Shown one piece after another: positions 38,392 through 47,155 of a stretch of 64,000 nucleotides of DNA. The translations under genes and the position numbers were made by a program. Position 1 is the first letter of the stretch. The number at the start of each line of letters is the position of its first letter. This stretch comes from Candidatus Eiseniibacteriota bacterium. GTDB taxonomy: Bacteria; Acidobacteriota; Terriglobia; Acidiferrales; UBA7541. The DNA is taken from the NCBI GenBank assembly GCA_035607085.1, contig DATMZI010000096.1, forward strand, positions 4,227 through 68,226, written 5' to 3'. The notes beneath the pieces were generated by a model that had not been told where the DNA came from, searched no databases, and worked only from the letters and a program-made list of their open reading frames with translations.

Positions 38392-41300
38392 ATGAAGTCA
38401 GAATATGTACAGGAGAATGTAACGATGGGGTGTGTGCGCATCTGCAAAACCGCATTTGCTGTTTGTCTGACCGCAATGCTGCTCCTCTTGGGAACTGGCA
38501 CTGCCGCGCAAACCTTTCGCGGCACCATTCTTGGCACGGTCACCGACTCTTCCGGAGCAGCCATGGCCGGGGCTGCTGTCGCGGTAAAGAACGTCAACAC
38601 GGGCCTATCCCGCACCGTCACCACCAGCGAAGATGGCACATATTCCGTTCCTGAACTCCCCATCGGCACGTACTCCGTCACGGTGGAGAAGTCTGGCTTC
38701 AAGCAAGGCGCCGTGACTGGCATCCATGTCGAAGTTTCCAGCGAGGTCCGCGCCGACATTGCGCTTCAACCTGGCGATGTCGCGCAGAGAATCGAAGTCA
38801 GGGCCGAAGAACTTCCGCAAGTCGAATCCACCAGCAACGTTCTTGGTGGCATCGTCGAATCCAAGGTCGTCACCAACCTACCGGTCAATGGCCGCGACTA
38901 CCAGAAGTTAATCTTCCTGGTTCCCGGTGTTACTGGTTCACCTGACCAGATCACCGACTCTCCCGGCTCCTACGGCGTCTTCTCCGTCAACGGCGCTCGC
39001 GGCCGCTCCAACAATTTCCTCCTCGACGGCACCGATATGAACGACGGCTACCGCAATGACCCCGCCATCAACGAAGCCGGTGTCTTCGGCACTCCCGCCA
39101 CTATTCTTCCCGTCGAAGCGATCGCGGAGCTCCGTGTCGCCTCCAACTTCGAAGCGGAGTACGGCCGCAGCGCCGGCGGCGTCATTAACGTCGTCACCAA
39201 AAGCGGTACCAACTCCCTGCACGGCTCCATCTTCGAATTCTTCCGCAACGACGCACTTGATGCCCGCAACTACTTCAACGAAGTCGGTCAGCAGCAAAAT
39301 CCCTTCCACAACAATCAGTTCGGCGGTTCCCTGGGCGGACCGATCTTCAAAGACAAGACCTTCTTCTTCGTGGACTATGAGGGCATGCGCGAGAGCGGCA
39401 AGGAGGCCAGTCCGGCCTGCGTCCCCACATCGGCGGATTTTGCCACTGCCACAGCGAATATCGGTGGCGCTGCGAACATCAATCCGATCATCGTGAAATT
39501 GCTCGCCTTGAACCCGTGGCCTCAGGCAACCGATCCGAATACCGACTGTTTGGCGAGTGGCGGCGGTACTAACGCAGCGCTCGCCACTCCTTTCTCCAAC
39601 CGCGTTGACAGCGCCATCGTCAAGATCGATCACAGCTTTAATGCCAACAATCTCCTTACCGGCCGCTATTACATCGGCGATAGCGATCAAAGCTTCCCGC
39701 TTGCTCTCGTCGGCGGTGGTTTGCTTCCCAACTACAACACCTTGACGCCTACTCGGGTTCAGCTCATTTCTCTCTCCTATGTCTCGACTCTCACTCCTTC
39801 CATCGTCAACGAAGCTCGCCTCGGCTGGAACCGCTTCGCTGAAGGCTTTTTTCCTCAGGATCGCAACTTCGATCCCGCCTCTATCGGTCTCAACACGGGC
39901 GTCACCAAGCAGAATTTCGGCTTGCCCATTATTAACGTCGCTAACTTGGCCCAGCTCGGCGCCGACAAAGGTGATCCGCGCCAGCGCGTGGATAGCAACT
40001 GGCACTACATTGACAACGTGTCCTGGAAGGCTGGCAAACAGGACATCAAATTTGGTTATGAATTTCGCCGCACGTCCATTTCGCAAATCTTCAACCGCCG
40101 GTTCCGCGGCAACTTGAAGTTCGAGGATAGTTTTGACAAAGCGGGAAATCTCATCAATACAGCGCTTGAGAATTTTCTTTTGGGCCTCCCCGATAGTGGG
40201 TTCCAGTATGCTGGCGACACCAATCGCAATACCTTCGAAAATTCCTATTCCGGCTACGTTCAGGACAGCGTGCACCTCAACCGCAGGTTCGTTCTGAACC
40301 TTGGTTTGCGTTATGACTACTACGGCATCATCCAAGAAAAGAAGGGACAATTTACTCTGGTCGATCCCACTACCGCTAATTTGAGCTTAACCGGCCCAGC
40401 TCGCCTCTATCAGCCCGACTACAATAATTGGGCTCCTCGGGTGAGCGCCGCCTGGGATCTCACCGGCAAAGGCACATCGGTCGTTCGTGCAGGCTACGGA
40501 ATTTTCTATGACGCTTTCTCGCAGGACATGTTCCTGGGACACCTGCCATTCGGCACTTTCTTCGATCCCGGCCCGGCCTACAGTCCTCTTAACGGCATCA
40601 CCGTAGCCAACGTCACCGGCTCACAGCTGGTCTCCGGCGACCCGGTCTTTCCATTTGCATCGTCCATGCCGGACGCCTTCGGTGTCGACCCGAAGATCCG
40701 CACCCCGTACATGCAGAACTTCAATTTGAATTTCCAGCAGCAGCTCGGCAAGAAAACGGTTTTCCAATTAGGTTATGTCGGTTCGAACGGCCACAAACTC
40801 CTGCGTTTCCGCGACATTAACCAGCCTAACCAGGCTCAAATCACCGCCGCCGACCTCGACTGCGCCTGCATTAACGACGCTTCCATTCGCGTCCTTCCTA
40901 CCAGTCTCTTCTACGTTTACTGGATGGAGGCCGCCGGCAACTCTACCTATAACTCATTACAGGGCAGCCTTCGCGTGAACGATTGGCATGGTCTTACTTC
41001 AACCCTCAACTACAACTGGTCGCACTCCATCGACGATTCCAGCGATGGCGACGACTTTGTCCAGAATGCGGCCCAGCCGACCGACAGCACGCGCCCTGAA
41101 ACCAACCGCGGCAATTCCAACTTCGATGTCCGCAACCGCCTGACTTGGAATTTCATCTACAACTTCCCGAATCCTTCTGCGATGAAGAAACTCACCAATG
41201 GTTGGGGAATCAACGGCATCGTCACTGTCCAATCCGGCCAGCCTTTCCACTTGGTTTTCTCCGAAGATGACTTCGATGGCAGCGGACAATTTTTCCCCAA

Positions 41301-41763
41301 ACCGGACGTTGTCGGACCGATCGTTTACCACACTCGTGATCCGCGCAATTTTCTTGACCTGACTGCTTTTGCGGTCCCCTGCACAGTACCAGCAGGCACC
41401 TTCGATGGCTTCGCAGATTCCTGCACGCCCGGAACGCGCCACTTCGGAAACCTTGGGCGCAATTCGCTACTCGGTCCCAACTTCCGTCAATTTGATTTTT
41501 CTATTTTCAAGATCACTCCGATTACCGAGCGGCTCAAATTGGAGCTGCGCTTCGAGGCCTACAACCTCTTGAACCACCCAAATTTCGCGAATCCTTACCT
41601 GCCCAATTTCTTTGCTGACGGCGCGCCCAATGGCTTTGACACGAACGGTCGAGCGGTTGGCTCTTTGGCCCTAGGGGTAACGGGAGACGTCGGCATCGGT
41701 TATCCGTTTCTCGGCAGCGGTGGGCCACGCAGCCTGCAAATCGCCGCCAAATTTACCTTCTAA
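38392..41763 (+). CDS. TonB-dependent receptor (Oar-type) with carboxypeptidase-regulatory N-domain
   Basis: GTILGTVTDSSGA, LPVNGRDY, NNFLLDG, EYGRSAGG, NNQFGGSLGGP, C-terminal PRSLQIAAKFTF; start uncertain. Confidence 0.93.
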   Translation: MKSEYVQENVTMGCVRICKTAFAVCLTAMLLLLGTGTAAQTFRGTILGTVTDSSGAAMAGAAVAVKNVNTGLSRTVTTSEDGTYSVPELPIGTYSVTVEKSGFKQGAVTGIHVEVSSEVRADIALQPGDVAQRIEVRAEELPQVESTSNVLGGIVESKVVTNLPVNGRDYQKLIFLVPGVTGSPDQITDSPGSYGVFSVNGARGRSNNFLLDGTDMNDGYRNDPAINEAGVFGTPATILPVEAIAELRVASNFEAEYGRSAGGVINVVTKSGTNSLHGSIFEFFRNDALDARNYFNEVGQQQNPFHNNQFGGSLGGPIFKDKTFFFVDYEGMRESGKEASPACVPTSADFATATANIGGAANINPIIVKLLALNPWPQATDPNTDCLASGGGTNAALATPFSNRVDSAIVKIDHSFNANNLLTGRYYIGDSDQSFPLALVGGGLLPNYNTLTPTRVQLISLSYVSTLTPSIVNEARLGWNRFAEGFFPQDRNFDPASIGLNTGVTKQNFGLPIINVANLAQLGADKGDPRQRVDSNWHYIDNVSWKAGKQDIKFGYEFRRTSISQIFNRRFRGNLKFEDSFDKAGNLINTALENFLLGLPDSGFQYAGDTNRNTFENSYSGYVQDSVHLNRRFVLNLGLRYDYYGIIQEKKGQFTLVDPTTANLSLTGPARLYQPDYNNWAPRVSAAWDLTGKGTSVVRAGYGIFYDAFSQDMFLGHLPFGTFFDPGPAYSPLNGITVANVTGSQLVSGDPVFPFASSMPDAFGVDPKIRTPYMQNFNLNFQQQLGKKTVFQLGYVGSNGHKLLRFRDINQPNQAQITAADLDCACINDASIRVLPTSLFYVYWMEAAGNSTYNSLQGSLRVNDWHGLTSTLNYNWSHSIDDSSDGDDFVQNAAQPTDSTRPETNRGNSNFDVRNRLTWNFIYNFPNPSAMKKLTNGWGINGIVTVQSGQPFHLVFSEDDFDGSGQFFPKPDVVGPIVYHTRDPRNFLDLTAFAVPCTVPAGTFDGFADSCTPGTRHFGNLGRNSLLGPNFRQFDFSIFKITPITERLKLELRFEAYNLLNHPNFANPYLPNFFADGAPNGFDTNGRAVGSLALGVTGDVGIGYPFLGSGGPRSLQIAAKFTF

Positions 41764-41790
41764 CTTTAGCCAAAACAGCAGTTTACAGAC

Positions 41791-41822
41791 GGCCTCCCGA
41801 TTCATCCTCGGGAGGCCTTTTT
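41791..41822 (+). terminator. Intrinsic terminator after the TonB-dependent receptor
   Basis: GGCCTCCCGA-N7-TCGGGAGGCC-TTTTT. Confidence 0.9.
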
Positions 41823-41955
41823 CATGTTTGCCGCAGGATTCCGGGCAGACGCCTTTGATGATTCTGATAAAGTGCTGTCTGCGAGGCGCAAGTTCCTTGG
41901 GCGGAGTGCCACTCAGGGCCGTGCAATTTTTACGGCTTGCCCTGCGTACTAGTCT

Positions 41956-42564
41956 ATGGACGTTCAGAAACCAGGCCGGATGAACGCGGCGGATACAAAG
42001 CAGTCGAGCGAAACCGTCGCTCGGGCCAGGGCCGGGGATGCCGAGGCCTGGGGTGATCTGTACCGGGAACACGCTCCGGCGATTTTCCGTTTTTGCAGGA
42101 GGGCGTTACCAACCCGTGAAGATGCGGAAGACGCCACCATGGAAATTTTTATGAAGATTCGCGACAAACTGAATCAATACGACGCCAGCCGATCATTCAG
42201 CGCCTGGCTTTACCGCGTCGCTGCCAACCACTGCTGGGATACGCTGCGCCGGCGCAAGATCCGCCAGGACAAAGAAACCGACGATCTTGAAACTGTGCCT
42301 CTGGAGCATCCCGATCCTAGCCAGCTCGATCAATTGATCGAGCAGCGCACCAGTGAAGAAGTTCGCAAAGCGCTCGATAAACTCGGCGCGCGCGCACGCA
42401 TGGCGCTGGTCCTCCGCTACTACTCCGATATGAGTTACGACGAAATTGCCGACGCACTCGGTGTACGCCGCGCCTTTGTGGGCGTAGTGCTCCTTCGCGC
42501 GCGGCATGAACTGCGTCAGGCGCTCGAAGGTACGGGCGCAATGGCGGCGGGAGGTGCCGGATGA
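41956..42564 (+). CDS. ECF sigma factor
   Basis: DAEDATMEIF, FSAWLYRVAANHC, MSYDEIA; overlaps the next gene (ATGA). Confidence 0.94.
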   Translation: MDVQKPGRMNAADTKQSSETVARARAGDAEAWGDLYREHAPAIFRFCRRALPTREDAEDATMEIFMKIRDKLNQYDASRSFSAWLYRVAANHCWDTLRRRKIRQDKETDDLETVPLEHPDPSQLDQLIEQRTSEEVRKALDKLGARARMALVLRYYSDMSYDEIADALGVRRAFVGVVLLRARHELRQALEGTGAMAAGGAG

Positions 42565-44264
42565 GCATGAGTTCGCCACCGGGTTCGAATCAAGGTTCTG
42601 GCAAAGGCGACGATATGGAACATCTCGACGAAATGAGCTGCATGCTGTATCTCGAAGGGCAGCTCGACCGCACCCGCGCGATGGAAGTTTCCAATCACAC
42701 GCAAACCTGCTCCGCCTGCCGCACGCTCCTCCGCGCCATCGAACGCGAATCGCGTCTTCTCACCCGCGCCATGCTGGAAGAAGAAGAGCCCCTCCCGTCG
42801 CGCATCGCCATGTTTCAGGAAAAAGTCCAGCGCTCCATGCAGTGGATCTGGATGGTTGTGTTTGGTCTTGCGGCCACTGCAATTTATGCCATGTACACCG
42901 GTTACATCGAGCCCTGGGAACAGCGCCTCGAACAAGCCGGATTTGGAGGAACCAGTTTGCTGAGCATGCTCATTTTCCAAGGTAGTTTCTGGAAAGGATG
43001 GCAGTCGATGCTTTCACTCGTGGAGGTGCTGGCCCTGGTCACCATTTGCGGATTCGCCGCCATCCTGCTGCGCAAGCGCTTCCGCCGCGGCTCCGCTGTG
43101 GCTTTGCTGTTGGCCAGCTTGGGCGCGGTATTTTCCATGCCGGCTCCGGCGGCGGCCACAGAATTTCGCAAGGGCGCCAGCGCCGAAATCGCCAAAGATG
43201 AAACCGTGAAAGGCGATCTATATTTCACCGGGCAGCAACTCAGCGTCGACGGCACCGTGGACGGCGATCTTTACGTCTGGGGACAGGAAGTTACGATCCG
43301 CGGCCACGTCACCGGCGATGTTTTTGCCTTCGTTCAGACGGCGCGCATTGACGGTCAGGTAGATGGCAGCGTACGCGGCTTCTGCAACAACATCACGATC
43401 TCCGGCACCGTGGACCGCAGCCTGATGGCATGGGCGCAGGTGATTCATGTGGACAATCGGGGATCGGTCGGCCGCAGCATTACTTCCTTCTCGCAAACCC
43501 TCAGCCTCGACGGCAAAGTCGGGCGCGACATGCTGCTTTTTAACCAGTCGACGCGCATTGCCGGCACGGTTGGCGGAAACGTCAAAGAGCGAGGCGAATC
43601 GCTCACGATCGAGGAAAACGCGCAGGTCGATGGTTCGTTCCAGTTCGAAGGTGAGAAAGAACCCATCGTTTCCAAGTCCGCAAAACTCGCTTCACCGGTT
43701 CAATTCACCCATCACGTCAAGAAGCGCGAGGAATTTAGCAAGCACTCCGCAGTGTGGGCGGGATTTCTGGCGGCGGCATTTGTGCTGTTTGGCTTGGTGC
43801 TGTTCCGCGTGATGCCGCAATTTTCGCTGGACGCCACTCGCGCCGCGGAAAGCTACGGCGCTTCCATCGGACTCGGCGTGCTGGTGATGTTTGCGGTGCC
43901 CATCGCTTCGCTGATCGCCTGCGTGACTTTTGTCGGTTTGTTCGTCGGCCTTTCCACCTTTGTGTTGTGGCTGATTGCGCTCTACGCCGCGCAAACCGTG
44001 GTCGGCGCAGTGATCGGCCAGTGGATTCTCGGCCGCGCTGCGGATATTTGGGGCCGCATCGGCCGCATGGCCCTGGGCGTTGTGATCATTCGCGCCATTA
44101 CGTTACTGCCGCACCTTGGATGGTGGATCAAGTTGGGCGTTCTGCTGTGGGGTATGGGCGCAATTTCCCTGGGGCTGTATCGTCGCTTCCAGCCGCCGGC
44201 CGCGGCGCAACCGGCGTACGTTCCGCCACCGATGGCTCCGACCGCCAGCGCTCCCGCGATCTGA
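42561..44264 (+). CDS. Zinc-binding anti-sigma factor fused to a bactofilin-like beta-helix and multi-TM domain
   Basis: HTQTCSAC (HxxxCxxC); TM helices; repeated VDGTVDGD/VTGDV/VDGSV turns; C-terminal TM bundle. Confidence 0.8.
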   Translation: MSMSSPPGSNQGSGKGDDMEHLDEMSCMLYLEGQLDRTRAMEVSNHTQTCSACRTLLRAIERESRLLTRAMLEEEEPLPSRIAMFQEKVQRSMQWIWMVVFGLAATAIYAMYTGYIEPWEQRLEQAGFGGTSLLSMLIFQGSFWKGWQSMLSLVEVLALVTICGFAAILLRKRFRRGSAVALLLASLGAVFSMPAPAAATEFRKGASAEIAKDETVKGDLYFTGQQLSVDGTVDGDLYVWGQEVTIRGHVTGDVFAFVQTARIDGQVDGSVRGFCNNITISGTVDRSLMAWAQVIHVDNRGSVGRSITSFSQTLSLDGKVGRDMLLFNQSTRIAGTVGGNVKERGESLTIEENAQVDGSFQFEGEKEPIVSKSAKLASPVQFTHHVKKREEFSKHSAVWAGFLAAAFVLFGLVLFRVMPQFSLDATRAAESYGASIGLGVLVMFAVPIASLIACVTFVGLFVGLSTFVLWLIALYAAQTVVGAVIGQWILGRAADIWGRIGRMALGVVIIRAITLLPHLGWWIKLGVLLWGMGAISLGLYRRFQPPAAAQPAYVPPPMAPTASAPAI

Positions 44265-44311
44265 GAATTTTTTGACCGAAACCTAACTCTTCTCTGCAAA
44301 ACAGTTGCAAA

Positions 44312-45775
44312 TCAATGGGTGCGGACGGACTGGGCGGCGAAGTCCGGGCTGGAGTTCGGCCCGAGATACAGCGCGCTGGTGGAGATGGTGTTGCCGACCG
44401 GGATGGCGGTGATGGTTTGCGCGCCATCGATGCTCAGCCGGCCCGGATTGGTGCGGACCAGCTGATTGCTGGTGATGCCGAAGAAGGGTGGCAGAGCAGT
44501 GCCCGTTACGCTGAAGTCGGGACTTACAGCATTCGCCATGGTCGCGGTGATGCGGCTGAAGCGGAGCGCAAATGAGACGGTGGATGCGGCACCGGGCGTG
44601 GTGCCGGACGGCGCGGTGTACGCAGTCACCGGAAACAAAACAGTCATTCCGGGATGAATCGAGGTGATGCTGGTGGATCCGTCAAAACCGTTGGCGGGAA
44701 GAGTCGGGTTGCCGAGCCCTTTGTCCACGATGACGAAAGGCTCGACGGTGCCGGCAAGCGTGACGACCATCTGATCGCCAAGGCCGAGCGCACCATCCAA
44801 AACACTATTGCTGGGTGCGAAGACGCTGTCGGTGGCGACGAGTGAGAATGTGTGGCTGATAGTGTCGGGAACAGTCGTGACCACGCCTTCGATCAAATCG
44901 CCCGAATCAATAATTGGCTGAAAGAATGTAGCGGTGATGGTGCCATCGGAATTCAAAACGGCGTCCATCACGGCGACCTGATTGGTCTGCACGCAGCTGG
45001 AGTTCTGCGCGGCGCAGTCGAATACCGTCGAGGAATTGGTGCTGGCGGTGATGCTCCCGCGGGTGGAAGTCTGAATGGTAATGGAAGTGGAAGTCGCACC
45101 GGTGACCAGGCCCAGGATGTCGTCAAGATGAGAAAGCTGGGTTGACGCAAGATTGGTGGCGGAAGCAGCGGGCGGAAGAGTTGACGCGGAAAAGACATTC
45201 GCGACGGTCAGATCCACGGCAGTGATGGTTTGCCCGGTTCGCGTAAGCGCGTTCCCGAGATTCACGTTGAGCGCGATGCCGGTCAATGCGTTGTCAACGA
45301 TGTTGAGATTCGTGGAGATTGTGGCGCTGCCGGGAAGCCCTCCCTTCACCGTGGTCAGAGTAGCGTTGGCACAGCCTTGTACTCCGGGGTCGGATTGGGT
45401 GCAGAAAGTAACCAGAGGAGCGGAGAACGTGACGGTCAGCTGATTGTAGCTGCCGAAGGGAATCGAGATGTTGGAGGCAATAAGCGTGGAATCGCTGGTG
45501 ACGCGATTGAACTCGGCGATATAGCTGGCGGAATTGAGATGGATCGCGACCGGGCTGCCTCCGCCGGAGGGAGTGAGCGTAAGCCCCGTGATGGTCGCGG
45601 TGAAGGCTTGGAGGGAGAGCGCGTCGGTTGGCGGCGGCGGAGTGGCGGTGAGGACAACGGAAACAGAGCCGCCGGTGGAGCAATTGGAGATGCAGCCGCC
45701 ACCAGGAGTGCCACTGCAGGAAGCAAGTGCAGATCCGATCAGGACGAGAAGAACTGCTTTCGAGGCCAGGCGCAT
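44312..45775 (-). CDS. Lipoprotein, DUF4382/DUF5666-like
   Basis: Lipobox LASC after MRLASKAVLLVLIG; Ser/Thr-rich beta repeats (IEGVVTT, GLVTGAT). Confidence 0.72.
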   Translation of the reverse strand: MRLASKAVLLVLIGSALASCSGTPGGGCISNCSTGGSVSVVLTATPPPPTDALSLQAFTATITGLTLTPSGGGSPVAIHLNSASYIAEFNRVTSDSTLIASNISIPFGSYNQLTVTFSAPLVTFCTQSDPGVQGCANATLTTVKGGLPGSATISTNLNIVDNALTGIALNVNLGNALTRTGQTITAVDLTVANVFSASTLPPAASATNLASTQLSHLDDILGLVTGATSTSITIQTSTRGSITASTNSSTVFDCAAQNSSCVQTNQVAVMDAVLNSDGTITATFFQPIIDSGDLIEGVVTTVPDTISHTFSLVATDSVFAPSNSVLDGALGLGDQMVVTLAGTVEPFVIVDKGLGNPTLPANGFDGSTSITSIHPGMTVLFPVTAYTAPSGTTPGAASTVSFALRFSRITATMANAVSPDFSVTGTALPPFFGITSNQLVRTNPGRLSIDGAQTITAIPVGNTISTSALYLGPNSSPDFAAQSVRTH

Positions 45776-46222
45776 CAGGACTACCCCATTTTGTGGATTC
45801 CGCGCCGCCGATGACCGGGACGGCCAGCGCGGTGGTTTTTTCTCGATTCTCGAAACCGTACTGTTTGCTTTCCAATGTACGCCGGAGCGGTACGGCGCCG
45901 GGCGCGGTAATCGGTGGTACTTGCCCAATCGCGTAAGGGGAAGAGAAGGGCTCCCTCAGAGGACTCCAGATCAAAGGTAAGGGTGACGCGGCTCGGGAGA
46001 GAATGAGGAGCTCTGCTAGCCTGGCCTGGTATTTACGCACGCGGGGATGCCAAAGGAGATAGACAGGAGTGCAAGTATGAATACGCACCCACAAGAACGA
46101 GCACAATGCTCCCGAGAAAACCAGAGCATAACGGGGTCAAACGGCAACGCGGGCCTGTGTTTTTCGGTTTCCGTCTTGCCCATAATGTATCGGTGTAAGC
46201 TACGGTAGTTTGGAGGGTGAAG

Positions 46223-47110
46223 ATGGTTCTTGTTGTTGGTGCCACCGGTCTAGTAGGAAATGAAATATGCCGGAGACTAGCGATGCGAGGCGAAAGCGTC
46301 AGGGCTCTGGTTCGCGCGACGAGTCCCAAGAACAGGGTGGAGACCCTGCGGTCGTGCAATGTCGAAATACTAGTGGGCGATCTAAAAGACTATGAGTCCA
46401 TCAGCCTCTCATGCCAGGGAGTCGATGCCGTGATCTCGACGGCGTCGTCGACACTATCGCGGCAAGCCGGAGACTCCATTGAGTCGGTGGATGCTGCCGG
46501 ACAGATGAACTTAGTCAAGGCGGCCAAAGCCGCGAAGGTGGAGCGGTTCGTGTTCCTGTCGTTTCGCCATTCACCCCACATTTCCTTTCCGCTGGGCGAG
46601 GCCAAGCACGAAGTCGAGAAGGCCATCGCGAGCATGAACTTTACCGTGATCCAGGCAAGTTGGTTCATGGAGTTATGGCTAAGCCCAGCTTTAGGTTTCG
46701 ACTATGCAAATCTAACGGCTCGTATTTATGGGCCAGGCAGCAACCCGATCAGCTGGGTTTCGTTTCTAGACGTGGCCGAAATGTGCACCCTGGCCCTGCG
46801 AAATCCAGATGCTGGGAGGAAAACGATCGAGTTTGGCGGGCCCGAAGCGATCAGTCCGCTCGAGGTTGTGGCTCGTTTTGAAAAGATCGGCGGAAGGCCG
46901 TTCCAGATCGAACACGTTCCGGAAACCTTGCTCCGCGCACAGTTTGCGCAAGCGACCGATTCGATGCAAAAGAGTTTCGCGGCGCTGATGCTCCAGTACG
47001 TGTCAGGTGATGCCATGAATATGGGCTCGATTGTGCAGCAGTTCGGGATCAGACTCGCGAGCGTTGATGAGTATGCTCGCGGCGTGCTGGGGAATATCGC
47101 GAGAGCGTAA
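46223..47110 (+). CDS. NmrA-like/atypical SDR NAD(P)-binding protein
   Basis: VVGATGLVG Rossmann motif, GDL.D, VDAAGQMNL, GGPEAIS; SD GGAGG 6 nt before ATG 46223. Confidence 0.9.
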   Translation: MVLVVGATGLVGNEICRRLAMRGESVRALVRATSPKNRVETLRSCNVEILVGDLKDYESISLSCQGVDAVISTASSTLSRQAGDSIESVDAAGQMNLVKAAKAAKVERFVFLSFRHSPHISFPLGEAKHEVEKAIASMNFTVIQASWFMELWLSPALGFDYANLTARIYGPGSNPISWVSFLDVAEMCTLALRNPDAGRKTIEFGGPEAISPLEVVARFEKIGGRPFQIEHVPETLLRAQFAQATDSMQKSFAALMLQYVSGDAMNMGSIVQQFGIRLASVDEYARGVLGNIARA

Positions 47111-47155
47111 GCGTGTTGCGCGCACGCGAGAAGCCAGGCTGGTCGGTGAATTGAT

